The notes beneath the pieces were generated by a model that ran no database searches, was not told the origin of the DNA, and saw nothing but the letters and a program-made list of their open reading frames with translations. Shown in pieces: positions 38,611 through 48,001 of a DNA stretch of 64,000 nt (positions within the stretch are counted from its first letter, which is position 1; the number at the start of each line of letters is the position of its first letter). The stretch lies in assembly GCA_965116905.1 (NCBI GenBank), contig OZ220732.1:1-64000 (forward strand), given 5' to 3'. Source of the DNA: Longimicrobiales bacterium (GTDB taxonomy: Bacteria > Gemmatimonadota > Gemmatimonadetes > Longimicrobiales > Gaopeijiaceae). The translations under genes were made by a program, and so were the position numbers.

Positions 38611-39950
38611 TGTCCCATCGAGTGCATGTCGCGCCCGCCCATCACGTGCTTGATCACGCGGCCTCCCTGCATCACGAACCGCACGTCCTTCGTCACCTCG
38701 ATGTCGTCGAGCGGGTCGCCGGGCACGGCGATGATGTCGGCCAGCATCCCCTCCGCCAGACGGCCCCGGTCGGGCGTGCCCAGCAGGTCGGCGGCGTGGA
38801 TCGTCGCGGTGCGGAGCGCGTCCAGCTCGCTCATCCCCAGCTGCACGTAGATCCCGAACTCGCCCGCGTTCTCGCCGTGCGGGAACACGCCCGCATCGGT
38901 GCCGAACGCAATCGGCACGCCCCGTTCGATCGCGCGCCGCAGGCTCACCCGCATGACCGGCAGGATCTCCTCGGCCTTGCCGCGCACCAGGGCCGGCAGC
39001 GCATCGAGGTCGATCCGGTCGGCGAGATACGTGGTTGGGACAAGGTACGTACCCTTCTCGATCATCAGGTCGATGATCTCGTCGGTCAGGACCGAGCCGT
39101 GCTCGATCGAGGCCACCCCGGCCTGGACGGCCGCCAGAATCCCCTCGGAGCCGTGCGCGTGGGCGGCGACCTTGATCCCGTGACGCGCCGCCTCGTCCAC
39201 CATGGCCGTCAGCTCCTCCAGCGTGTACTGCTGCGCGCCGACCGGCCCCTCCATGGACAGCACGCCCGCCGTCGCGCACGTCTTGATCACCTTCGCCCCG
39301 TGCTTGATCTGGTAGCGGACCGCCTCGACGACCTCCCAGGGTCCGTCCGCGACGCCCTCCTCAGTCCCTCCTTCACGCACGCCGGGCGCAAACCCCGTCA
39401 CGTCGCAGTGACCGCCCGTAATGCCAAGCGGGTGGCGCGAAGGCACGACCCGCGGCCCGACGATGTGCCCGCTCTCGACCGCGTGCCCCAGCTCGACCGT
39501 GACGTCGCCGCCGTAGTCGCGCACCGTCGTGAATCCCGCGCGCACGGTCCGCCCGCCGTACACGACCGCGTTGTAGGCGCCCCACGCCTCCGTCCGCGTA
39601 ACCGCGTCGGTGAACGAAGTCGCGCTGATCTGTCCGGCAAGGTGCGTGTGCGCGTCGATGAACCCGGGCAGCAGCGTCACGTCGCCCAGGTCCATGTCGT
39701 GCATCGCGTTGGGCACGGTCTCCGGATTTACCGCCGTGATCAGGCCGTCCTCGACGACGAGCACGGCGTCCGCGTGCATCTCGCCCGTCTCCACATCGAG
39801 CATGCGCGCGGCGCGCAGCACGGTGGGTCCGTCGTACATGCCGTGGTGCATCGCATGGCCCCCCTCCTGTGCGGCGACGGGGTTGTTGGGAGCGAGGGCG
39901 GCGGGGGCCACGAGGGCCATGGCCAGTGTGACGATCGTCGGGATTCTCAT
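38607..39950 (-). CDS. Exported amidohydrolase (Xaa-Pro dipeptidase/carboxypeptidase-like)
   Basis: PGFIDAHTH, TGGHCD, IKTCATAGV, AAHAHG, SIEHG, FGTDAGVFPHG; signal peptide. Confidence 0.92.
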   Translation of the reverse strand: MRIPTIVTLAMALVAPAALAPNNPVAAQEGGHAMHHGMYDGPTVLRAARMLDVETGEMHADAVLVVEDGLITAVNPETVPNAMHDMDLGDVTLLPGFIDAHTHLAGQISATSFTDAVTRTEAWGAYNAVVYGGRTVRAGFTTVRDYGGDVTVELGHAVESGHIVGPRVVPSRHPLGITGGHCDVTGFAPGVREGGTEEGVADGPWEVVEAVRYQIKHGAKVIKTCATAGVLSMEGPVGAQQYTLEELTAMVDEAARHGIKVAAHAHGSEGILAAVQAGVASIEHGSVLTDEIIDLMIEKGTYLVPTTYLADRIDLDALPALVRGKAEEILPVMRVSLRRAIERGVPIAFGTDAGVFPHGENAGEFGIYVQLGMSELDALRTATIHAADLLGTPDRGRLAEGMLADIIAVPGDPLDDIEVTKDVRFVMQGGRVIKHVMGGRDMHSMGH

Positions 39951-40142
39951 GCTTGTGCGCCTGCTGGATGCTGATGACGTGGATTCGGTGGCCGAGGCAG
40001 TCTCATGGCCTCGGGTGGCCGCGCCGCGACCGGGGACTGCCCGCCGGCCGGTCACGGCCAACCGGAATGCGGAATTGATCCGATCCGGACAGGGGACGCA
40101 ACCCGTGATCCGCCGCGCCCGGGCCCCCGCCCCGGGGACGCG

Positions 40143-40709
40143 CTACCCCTCGTCCTCCAGCCGTTCCACGCTCTCCGCGTACATCGAGGACTTCTCCAGC
40201 ACCGGGTTCGCGTTGTACGCCTCGGACTGCCCCGGCGGAATGCTCAGGTACTCCCAGTCCTCGCCCCGGAAGGATCTGGCCAACAGGACGATCTGTCCCA
40301 CGTGGTAGGCGAGGTGGGCCAGCGACCGCAGCAGCGCCTCGTCGACCCGGAACGGGACGCCCCTGATGGTGATCGGCGCGGCGAGATCGTCGTCGGTCAG
40401 CTCCGCCAGCGCGCCCAGAAGCACCCGCCACCCGCGTTCCCACTTCCCGGTGACCTCCGCGGGAGACACACCGCGCGGCTCGAACTCGGAGTCCCGGTTG
40501 CGCCACGGCTTCTCGCCGTCCGTCGTCAGCAGATCGGTGAACTTCGACTCGAGGTTGCCGGCCACGTGCCACACGATGATCGCGACCGAGTTGCCGTCAT
40601 CGCCGCGGACGTTCAGCTCCTCGGGGCGAACCTGCCGCAGGGCGCGCTCGCCCAGGAGCTTGTAGCGCACGAATTCGGCTTCGTAGAGGGGGAGGAGGGT
40701 ACGGGTCAT
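40143..40709 (-). CDS. DUF1572/DinB-family protein
   Basis: NSVAIIVWHVAGN..S.FTD.LTTDGEKPWRNRDSEF, H.AYHVGQIV, SIP.G.S..YN. Confidence 0.88.
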   Translation of the reverse strand: MTRTLLPLYEAEFVRYKLLGERALRQVRPEELNVRGDDGNSVAIIVWHVAGNLESKFTDLLTTDGEKPWRNRDSEFEPRGVSPAEVTGKWERGWRVLLGALAELTDDDLAAPITIRGVPFRVDEALLRSLAHLAYHVGQIVLLARSFRGEDWEYLSIPPGQSEAYNANPVLEKSSMYAESVERLEDEG

Positions 40710-40713
40710 CGTG

Positions 40714-41118
40714 CTACGCCAGTTCCACGCGCTCGATCCCCTCGATCCGGTCGAAGCCGCGGTCGAAGGTCGCGATCGCCGTCACACGCCGGTTGATCAT
40801 GACCCCGGCGTGCACGGCGTCGCGCGCGGAGAGGCCCGGCGTGGAGAGCAGGATCTTCTTCGCCAGGTCGGTGTCGGCCAGGGTGACCTCGAAGATCTCC
40901 GGGATGAGCGCGACGAAAAGGTCGTACACCTGGTCGGCCAGTTCGGGCCTCCCCAGCACCGTGTACCGATAGAGGATCTCCTGCAGCACCTCGGTGCTCG
41001 TGCACAGTTCGAATCCCTCGTCCGCGGCACTCTCCATGAAGCGTGTCGCCGGACCCTTGTTCGGGTGTTCGGCCCCGGCGACGTACATCGGGATGTTGGA
41101 ATCGACGAATACCCTCAC
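40714..41118 (-). CDS. vapC: VapC-family PIN toxin
   Basis: VFVDSNIPMY..G..HP, EVLQEI, LSARDAVH, TFDRGFD; GTGA coupling to the antitoxin. Confidence 0.88.
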   Translation of the reverse strand: MRVFVDSNIPMYVAGAEHPNKGPATRFMESAADEGFELCTSTEVLQEILYRYTVLGRPELADQVYDLFVALIPEIFEVTLADTDLAKKILLSTPGLSARDAVHAGVMINRRVTAIATFDRGFDRIEGIERVELA

Positions 41119-41351
41119 GAGCGTCCCGCCTCGATCTCGCTGATCATGGCGCAGATGTCGGCTGTGGGCCCGTTCAGCTTTCGGAGTTCGCCGAGAGGGT
41201 CCCGGATGGCCGGACCGGCCTCCCGTTCGAGCCTCTCTTCGATGGCGCTGCGCACCCACGCGCCCCTGGAGACCTGAGCGCGCTCCGCGGCCCTGCGCAG
41301 GCGACTGTCGAGACGGGGGGGAATCAGAACTTGCAGGCGATATGATGGCAT
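41115..41351 (-). CDS. Ribbon-helix-helix antitoxin
   Basis: 78 aa; RLQVLI beta strand then LRRAAERAQVSRGAWVRSAI helices; C-terminal PTADI..M..EIE.GR; directly upstream of the PIN gene. Confidence 0.82.
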   Translation of the reverse strand: MPSYRLQVLIPPRLDSRLRRAAERAQVSRGAWVRSAIEERLEREAGPAIRDPLGELRKLNGPTADICAMISEIEAGRS

Positions 41352-41397
41352 CGGTGCGCTCCGAGGTGTGGTGCGTTGGCCTGAGCGACGGCAAAGC

Positions 41398-41428
41398 ATA
41401 CTCATATGAGTATATACTCACAATTGTG
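41398..41428. promoter_or_regulatory. Three overlapping perfect palindromes, probable TA operator
   Basis: ATACTCATATGAGTAT (41398-41413), TGAGTATATACTCA (41407-41420), CACAATTGTG (41419-41428). Confidence 0.7.
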
Positions 41429-41618
41429 CGAGAGGATGCCACAATGAGTGAGAAACGAGGGTTTTCCCAACGCTGGGGTCACCTGGAGGCGTACGCGCTG
41501 GACCTGGTCGCAACAATGACGTTCTCCGCGGTCACGGGAGAGGGAGCCTCAAGTGCGACGTGGGCGGAGTTCCCCGTCGCCGTAGGCGTGCGCCCCCGGC
41601 AATAGCCTCGACGGAACC

Positions 41619-42719
41619 ATGCCGACCCTCGTCTTCACCGTCGTCACCCTGGTCGGGACTGCGACCCTGGCTTCCGTCCGCACCCTGCGTCCCGACCGCG
41701 AGGCAAAAGGACTGACCGAGGTCTGCGTCCTCCTGGCGGCCTACGGCGCCGTCGACGGACCGGTCGGAATGGGATTCGTATTGCAACTTCAATACGGGCC
41801 CGATCTCGCGAATCTGCCTCCATTCATCGGCGGCGCGCTCATGGGAGCGCTGCTCGCAATACTGGTCGCGGGGGGAATGTGGCTTGCCACTGCGCTGGCC
41901 CTTTGGGTGCTCCGCCGTCCTCTCGAACTGCCCACCAGGCGGATTGGTGTGCGTATGGCGGTCCTTCTCGTCGCCGCCTTCGCCCTCGTGTTCGGCTCGG
42001 GGATGGCCCTCCTGGAAGCCGTGGAAGACCGTAGCGCGGGGCTCCTGTGGGTCGGCATGGGCCTGTTCTACACCCTGTTCTTCGTGGCCCAGTCGTTCGT
42101 GGTGCCCTGGCTGACGTTCCTTCGGTTGCCGCGCCTGGCCGAGTCGTCCGATTCCGGAGATCTGCAGGCCTGGGTGGATGACGTCATGACCCGGCACGGC
42201 AGGCGACCGATGGCGGTGCGCATACACGAGGGCGGCCTGGTGAACGCGTTCGTGCTGTGGGGGCTCCGCAGGCCGTGGCTGCTGGTCGGCGAGGGACTGC
42301 TGAAGGCGATGTCGCACAGTGAGGTGCGGGGGGTGCTCGCACATGAGGTCGCCCATCTGCTGCGAAGGGACCATGTGCGTCTGCTGCTCTCCGGACTCGG
42401 GTGGGCGGTCGGCATGACCGTATGTACCATGCTTGTGATCGCCCCGCTCTACGAGGCCGATCGCCACGTGTTCGGGGTCATTGCGACGGCGACCGCCAAC
42501 ACGCTGTACTTCGTCGCCCTGGGCGTGATGATGCGCCGCGTCGAGTACGCGACCGACCGTCTCGCAGTCGAACTCCTGGACGGAGAAGGCGCGTCGCTCG
42601 CCTCGGCTCTCGAAAAGCTCGCGACCCTGAAGAAGACGCCTCTGAAGCAGAAGGGGGCCATGCACCCGGCGGTCCAGGATCGGATCGAGGCGATAGACAA
42701 AATATCGCTCCTTGCATAA
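41619..42719 (+). CDS. M48-family (HtpX/Ste24-like) membrane zinc protease
   Basis: Multiple TM helices; NAF, VLAHEVAH, EYATD, LASALEKL, HP..QDRI. Confidence 0.88.
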   Translation: MPTLVFTVVTLVGTATLASVRTLRPDREAKGLTEVCVLLAAYGAVDGPVGMGFVLQLQYGPDLANLPPFIGGALMGALLAILVAGGMWLATALALWVLRRPLELPTRRIGVRMAVLLVAAFALVFGSGMALLEAVEDRSAGLLWVGMGLFYTLFFVAQSFVVPWLTFLRLPRLAESSDSGDLQAWVDDVMTRHGRRPMAVRIHEGGLVNAFVLWGLRRPWLLVGEGLLKAMSHSEVRGVLAHEVAHLLRRDHVRLLLSGLGWAVGMTVCTMLVIAPLYEADRHVFGVIATATANTLYFVALGVMMRRVEYATDRLAVELLDGEGASLASALEKLATLKKTPLKQKGAMHPAVQDRIEAIDKISLLA

Positions 42720-42776
42720 TGAATGCGAAATGTCTACACTATGCTTTCGTCATTCCAGCACGGAGGCGCGGCACCA

Positions 42777-43181
42777 ATGGGCGTACTCACCATTCGCAAC
42801 GTCGACGACGAGGTGATCGCCGCGCTCAAGGCGCGTGCCAAGGCGAATCACCGCTCGCTGGAGGGTGAACTTCGCCACCTGCTGAGCCGCTTTGCGACCC
42901 CCCACTCCAACCTCGGCCTGATGCGTGAGCGGGCTCGCGCCGCCTACGGTGCGCCGCCGGCAGCCCAACACCCTACGCCCGACTCACCGTCCGAGGCCAC
43001 CGATCCACCTCCGGACGCCGCGGCCGAGCGAGTGGAATGGCTGGGCGCGATGCGGGATGTCACCGCGATCAAGGGCGACATTATCTCGCCTGTGTCCGAG
43101 CTGTCCGACTGGGACGTGTACCGTTCGGACGCGACATTCGGGGAGGAGTCCAGCGAAGAGGAGGGCGACGAGCCGTCGTGA
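42777..43181 (+). CDS. FitA-like RHH antitoxin with an extended C-terminus
   Basis: MGVLTIRNVDDEV..ALKARAKANHRSLEGELRHLL; coupled (GTGA) to the PIN gene. Confidence 0.85.
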   Translation: MGVLTIRNVDDEVIAALKARAKANHRSLEGELRHLLSRFATPHSNLGLMRERARAAYGAPPAAQHPTPDSPSEATDPPPDAAAERVEWLGAMRDVTAIKGDIISPVSELSDWDVYRSDATFGEESSEEEGDEPS

Positions 43182-43573
43182 CCCTGCTGCTGGACACCCA
43201 CATCTGGATCTGGAGCGTAGGGAGCCCGGCTCGCATCTCGACCAGTGCCCGCGACGCTCTGTCGAACCCGGCAAACACATTGGCGCTTTCCCCTGTGACC
43301 GTCTGGGAGGCGCTTCTTCTCGCGGAGAAGGGCCGGGTGGATCTTGCTCCCGATCCCTGGAGCTGGATCCGCATGGCCCTCGCGAACAGGACCATGCGGG
43401 AGTTCCCCCTGACGCACGAAGTCGCGCTCCGCAGCCGCAGCGTCCGCCTTCCCCATGACGACCCGGCCGACCGCTTCATCGCGGCGACCGCCATGGTTCA
43501 CGGGCTCACGCTGGTGACCGCCGACAGGACACTCCTCGGCTGTCCCGATATCAGGGTGTTGCCGGGCGCCTGA
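43178..43573 (+). CDS. vapC: VapC-family PIN toxin
   Basis: LLLDTHIWIW, SPVTVWE, HDDPADRFIAATA, LVTAD. Confidence 0.92.
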   Translation: MTLLLDTHIWIWSVGSPARISTSARDALSNPANTLALSPVTVWEALLLAEKGRVDLAPDPWSWIRMALANRTMREFPLTHEVALRSRSVRLPHDDPADRFIAATAMVHGLTLVTADRTLLGCPDIRVLPGA

Positions 43574-43597
43574 CGGCGCAGGCGCCCGTGCGCCCCG

Positions 43598-46048
43598 TCA
43601 GCCCGCCGGGTCCAGCACCGCGTCGATGCGCGCGATCGCGTCCTCGAAGTGGAGCCGCGTGGCTCTGTGGGACGTGCCGCCGAAGGCGGCCGCAAGCTCA
43701 CCGCGGAGAGCGCCGAGCTGGCCGCGCGCAAACGGGACCACGTCGGACTGCATCGCCTCTTCTTCCTCCATCAACTCGGCCATTCGCGCGAGCCAGGCAC
43801 GCTGGAGGTTGCGCCGGTAGGCGTCCGTGGCGCGGCCCGAGCCGACCTCGGACCACACGCCCGTGCGCAGATCGTCCAGCATCTCGCCCAGCGAGTAGGC
43901 GTCGTCGCCGTTGAAGGCCTCCTGCTCCACCAGCCGCTTCATGCGGTCGACGTTGAGCACCTGGTTCAGCGCCTGCGTCTGGCGGGTCCGCACGAGTTCG
44001 ACGGCGCCGGTCCCCTGGAAGCGGTCCAGGATGTCGGCCTCCAGCAGCCACTCGGGGGTCGCGAAGACCTGCCGATTCAGGTATTCCAGCGCCCGCTCCT
44101 GACGATCGCGGTCGACCATCTGGTAGGGGACGCCGTCCTGTCCCTGGCGCTTCCGCGTGCGCACGACGCCGCCCACGTTGGCGACCACGTGCCCGGTGTA
44201 GCGGCCCCACTGGCCCACGACGTTGTTGTAGAGCTCCTGGAGCTGGGCGTAGTCCTCGCCCTCTTCGTAGGTCCAGTCGGTCAGGTTGTCGACGATGCGC
44301 TTGAGGTTCTCGACTCCGTAGTCGGACGCGCGCATGGCGTCGTCGCCGATGGCCTCGGTGAGCGCGGAAGGATCGGAGCCGGTCGGGCTCGAGAAGTGGT
44401 AGACGGGGTCCTCCTGCATCTCGGCCACCAGCGCGCGCAGGTCCTCGCGCTCGGTCAGGCGGTCCTTGCCGGGGAAGTAGGTGTAGCCCCACTGAATGGC
44501 GAACTTGTCGTAGGGTCCGACGAGCGGCATGTAGCAGGTGTCGTCGCCGGGCTGCGCGACGTAGTTGAAGCGCGCGTAGTCCATGATCGAGGGCGCGACG
44601 CCCATCTCGCAGACGAAGCGGGTGCGCAGGTCCTCGACCGAATAGGCGGCCGACGCCTGCATGTTGTGCTGAAGCCCGATCGTGTGTCCGACCTCGTGCG
44701 CCGAGACGAAGCGGATGAGCTCGCCCATCACCTCGTCGTCGAACTCGATTCCGCGGGCGTCCTCGTTGGCCGGCGCGGTCTGCACGAAGAACCAGTTCCG
44801 CAGCAGGTTCATCACGTTGTGGTACCACTGGATGTCGCTCTCGAGGATCTCGCCGGTGCGCGGGTCGTGCACGTGCGGACCCGACGCGTTCTGGATCGGC
44901 GAGGCCAGGTAGCGGATCACCGAGTAGCGCGCGTCCTCGGGGCTCCAGTCGGGGTCGTCGGTTGGCGCGTCGGCGGCGATGATCGCGTTGCTGAAGCCGG
45001 CCTGCTCGAACGCGACCTGCCAGTCCACGACGCCCTGCTTCAGGTAGGGCACCCACTTGGGCGGCGTGGCCGGGTCGATGTAGTAGACGATCGGCTTGAC
45101 CGGATCGACCAGTTCGCCGCGCGCGTGGGCCTCGGGGTCGCTGGGCTCCAGCCGCCACCGCGTGACGAGGCAGCGGGTGACCGCGCGCTGTTCGTCCAGG
45201 CCGTAGTCGATCTGGCTGGTGCTGAAGAACCCGACGCGCTCGTCGCAGAGGCGGGGTTCCATGGGGTCGTCGGGGAGCAGAAGCATCGAGTGGTGCATCT
45301 CCATCGACAGCGTGTTGCTGGCGGCGTTCGAAGGAGCCTCGGTGGCGTCGTAGGTCAGGACGCGACGGACCTCGACGTTCGTGGGGAACGCGTTCGCGCG
45401 CACCACGTAGGTGCGGTCGGCGTCCACCCGCCGAACGCCGTACGCCTGGCGCCGGAAGCTCTGCAGGCCGAGCAGGGTGACGTCCTCGGTGAAGAGGTCG
45501 GTCACTTCCACGACCAGGGCGGTCGAATCCTCGTTCATCACCTCCACGTCGAAGGCCATGATGATCGGCTCGAAATTCGAGTTGCGGACGGCCCCCGCGA
45601 TCGCCGTGGTATCGTCGGCGACGTTCTCGTAGCTGACCAGGCGCAGCAGGACACGGTCGCCGTCGTGTTCCCAGCGGACGGTCGAGGTGTTCGCCTTGGA
45701 GCCGCCGTAACCGGCGCCGTCGGGGGTGCGCGCGATGCGGGTCAGCAGCAGCATCTCTCGGCCGATCATGTCGAGCGGGATCTCGTAGAAGAGGTCGCGG
45801 TCGATCATGTGGGTGTCGAAGAGGCCCTCGCTGGTGATCGCGTCTTCGGTGATGACATCGGAGTAGGAGGTGGTCGTGTCCTGGGCCTCTTCGTCGCCGG
45901 CGGCTTCTTCCTGCTCCTGGGGGACCGGGGCGGGCAGCGGTGCGGCGAACGGGACGGCGAACAGTGCGGCGTTCAGATCGGAGGGCGTGACGAGGAGCCA
46001 GGAGCCAAGGATCAGTGACGCGAGTGTCGAGGTGGTCGCGCTACGCAT
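43598..46048 (-). CDS. Exported EcxA-like zinc metalloprotease (DUF5118/DUF5117/DUF4953 architecture)
   Basis: DERVGFF, KPIVYYIDP, DPRTGEILE, HEVGHTIGLQHN (HExxHxxGxxH), SIMDYARFNY Met-turn. Confidence 0.92.
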   Translation of the reverse strand: MRSATTSTLASLILGSWLLVTPSDLNAALFAVPFAAPLPAPVPQEQEEAAGDEEAQDTTTSYSDVITEDAITSEGLFDTHMIDRDLFYEIPLDMIGREMLLLTRIARTPDGAGYGGSKANTSTVRWEHDGDRVLLRLVSYENVADDTTAIAGAVRNSNFEPIIMAFDVEVMNEDSTALVVEVTDLFTEDVTLLGLQSFRRQAYGVRRVDADRTYVVRANAFPTNVEVRRVLTYDATEAPSNAASNTLSMEMHHSMLLLPDDPMEPRLCDERVGFFSTSQIDYGLDEQRAVTRCLVTRWRLEPSDPEAHARGELVDPVKPIVYYIDPATPPKWVPYLKQGVVDWQVAFEQAGFSNAIIAADAPTDDPDWSPEDARYSVIRYLASPIQNASGPHVHDPRTGEILESDIQWYHNVMNLLRNWFFVQTAPANEDARGIEFDDEVMGELIRFVSAHEVGHTIGLQHNMQASAAYSVEDLRTRFVCEMGVAPSIMDYARFNYVAQPGDDTCYMPLVGPYDKFAIQWGYTYFPGKDRLTEREDLRALVAEMQEDPVYHFSSPTGSDPSALTEAIGDDAMRASDYGVENLKRIVDNLTDWTYEEGEDYAQLQELYNNVVGQWGRYTGHVVANVGGVVRTRKRQGQDGVPYQMVDRDRQERALEYLNRQVFATPEWLLEADILDRFQGTGAVELVRTRQTQALNQVLNVDRMKRLVEQEAFNGDDAYSLGEMLDDLRTGVWSEVGSGRATDAYRRNLQRAWLARMAELMEEEEAMQSDVVPFARGQLGALRGELAAAFGGTSHRATRLHFEDAIARIDAVLDPAG

Positions 46049-46175
46049 GGTCTTTCCTTCTGTCGGTGAGGTTTGGGGCCCTGCGGCGGGCGGATGGCGG
46101 CATCAGCGGCGCGGGCCGCTGCCCAGGGGGTCCTACAGTACGGAGCCCGGCAGGCACGGGCCAGCGGGGGAGGGT

Positions 46176-47936
46176 CTAGTATTCCATCCCAACCCGCCCG
46201 AACTCCGCACGGAAGAGCGCCCGGGTGTTCGGATCGAGACGGACATCCGACGGTTCGGCCGGAACCGGGATGACGATGCGGCTCACACCGGGTCCCACGT
46301 CGATGGCGGTGACCTGCGCCGGCAGCGCTTCGCCGTCCAGGTAGACGCCAACATCGAGCGGAAACCGGAAGCGGCCCACTGCCTGCACCTGGCGCAGCTC
46401 GACCTCCACCGCCCCCGCAGCGGCATCGTATCGCCACGAGCCCGCCAGCCGCGGGTTCCCGCCCTGCCGCAGCCACTGGTCGAAGAACGCCTGCAGGTTG
46501 TCGTTGGATGCTTCCTCCATGGCGCGCATGAATTCGTCGGTGGTCGCGGTCCCGTTGAAGTGGCGCGCGTAGTAGAGCCGGATGCCGCGCCAGAAGGCTT
46601 CGTCGCCGAGCCGGCTGCGGAGCATGTGGAGCACCCAGGCCCCCTTCTGGTAGGTCGCGATGCTGGTCACCCGCGACATGTCGGTGAGGTTGTCGTGGAC
46701 GATACGGTAGTCGGGGTTTTCGTCGTACCAGCGCCATACGCGGTCCGCAGCCTCCCTGAGCCCCGCCACGAAGTCGTCGCGCCCGTACGCGTGTTCGCGG
46801 AAGAGCAGCGTGAAGTACGTCGCGAAGCCCTCGCTCAGCCACACGTCGTCCCACTCGGACTCGGTCACCGAATTGCCGAACCACTGGTGCGCGATTTCGT
46901 GGATGACCACGTTGCGCCACCGCACCGAACGCTCGCCCGTGACCGAGTTCTCGCCGTACATGAGCGCGGTCGCCGCCTCCATTCCGCCGCCCGTCGCCGG
47001 CGAGGTGATGTTGGCGAGCTTCTCGTACGCGAAGGGGCCCACGTACGCGTCGTAGAAGTGGAGGACTTCCATGGTGGGGACGGCGAAGTCGTGGAAGCCC
47101 GCGTCCCGGTCGCGCGCGTACACCCAGGTCTGCACCGGCAGGCCATTGAACTCGCCCAGGTGCTGCACGGCGAACCGGGCCACGCCCACCACGTAGAGCC
47201 ACGGTGAAATCGCTACCGACTGCCGCCAGTGGGTCAGCCGCATGCCGCCGTCGACGTCGGTTTCCTCCAGCAGTCGGCCGTTCGACACAACCTGGTAGTG
47301 GGCGGGCGCGGTGACGATGAACTCGCACGTCGCCTTGTCGCCGATGTGATCGACGGTGGGCAGCCAGTTGCGCGCGCGGTTCGGCCAGTTGTCGCTGAAG
47401 AAGGTGCGCTCGCCGTATTTGTTCGGGCCGATGCGGAGGCCGGATGCGGGAATGCCGCGGTAGCCGACCGTGAACGTGGCACGGGTGCCGGCCGTGCCGG
47501 GCTCGGGAAGGCTCACGGTCAGGACGTCGTTCTCGTGGCGGTGGGCAAGCGAGTCGCGGTTGCCGGGCGGATCTCCAGCGCCGCGCGTATCTCCAACGCT
47601 GCGCGGATCCCCAGCGCCGCCGCGGGTCACGGCGACAACCTCCATGCCGCGCCCATCCTCGCCGCGCCCGATCAGGTCCAGGGGCACCTCGGTGACGCCG
47701 TCGGCGGTGAAGCGCAGGGTGACGGTGGTCCGTCCCGCGATCTCCTCCGTGTCGTCCCGCAGGGTGAGTTCGAACCTGTACGCCTCGATATCGATGCCGG
47801 GCCGGCTGGGGCCGCCGTCATGAGGTCCAGCCTGCGCGGCGAGCGAAGCCGTGCCGACGGGCAGCGTCGCGAAAAGGATCGCCAGGAGAGGTTGGATGAA
47901 GGGCGGCGCGTGTCGTGCGGTGCGACTGTGATGCAT
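46176..47936 (-). CDS. M1-family aminopeptidase, exported
   Basis: GGMEA (GAMEN-like), HEIAHQWFGN, WLSEGFATY, YQKGAWVLHMLR; signal peptide. Confidence 0.93.
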   Translation of the reverse strand: MHHSRTARHAPPFIQPLLAILFATLPVGTASLAAQAGPHDGGPSRPGIDIEAYRFELTLRDDTEEIAGRTTVTLRFTADGVTEVPLDLIGRGEDGRGMEVVAVTRGGAGDPRSVGDTRGAGDPPGNRDSLAHRHENDVLTVSLPEPGTAGTRATFTVGYRGIPASGLRIGPNKYGERTFFSDNWPNRARNWLPTVDHIGDKATCEFIVTAPAHYQVVSNGRLLEETDVDGGMRLTHWRQSVAISPWLYVVGVARFAVQHLGEFNGLPVQTWVYARDRDAGFHDFAVPTMEVLHFYDAYVGPFAYEKLANITSPATGGGMEAATALMYGENSVTGERSVRWRNVVIHEIAHQWFGNSVTESEWDDVWLSEGFATYFTLLFREHAYGRDDFVAGLREAADRVWRWYDENPDYRIVHDNLTDMSRVTSIATYQKGAWVLHMLRSRLGDEAFWRGIRLYYARHFNGTATTDEFMRAMEEASNDNLQAFFDQWLRQGGNPRLAGSWRYDAAAGAVEVELRQVQAVGRFRFPLDVGVYLDGEALPAQVTAIDVGPGVSRIVIPVPAEPSDVRLDPNTRALFRAEFGRVGMEY

Positions 47937-48001
47937 GGGGCCTCCTGTCGGTGAACGGGAGTGGGGTTGCGGGCGGATGTACGTCTTCCATCTTACCCAA
48001 C

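Noticed and set aside
43571..43600. Hairpin between convergent vapC and metalloprotease stops
   Set aside because: Imperfect GC stem without a U-tract; cannot be supported as an intrinsic terminator.
43649..46018. Long antisense ORFs (e.g. 43649..46018 +, 25057..27396 -, 32149..33855 -, 6596..8224 -)
   Set aside because: Typical high-GC antisense shadows of well-supported genes, with no motifs of their own.
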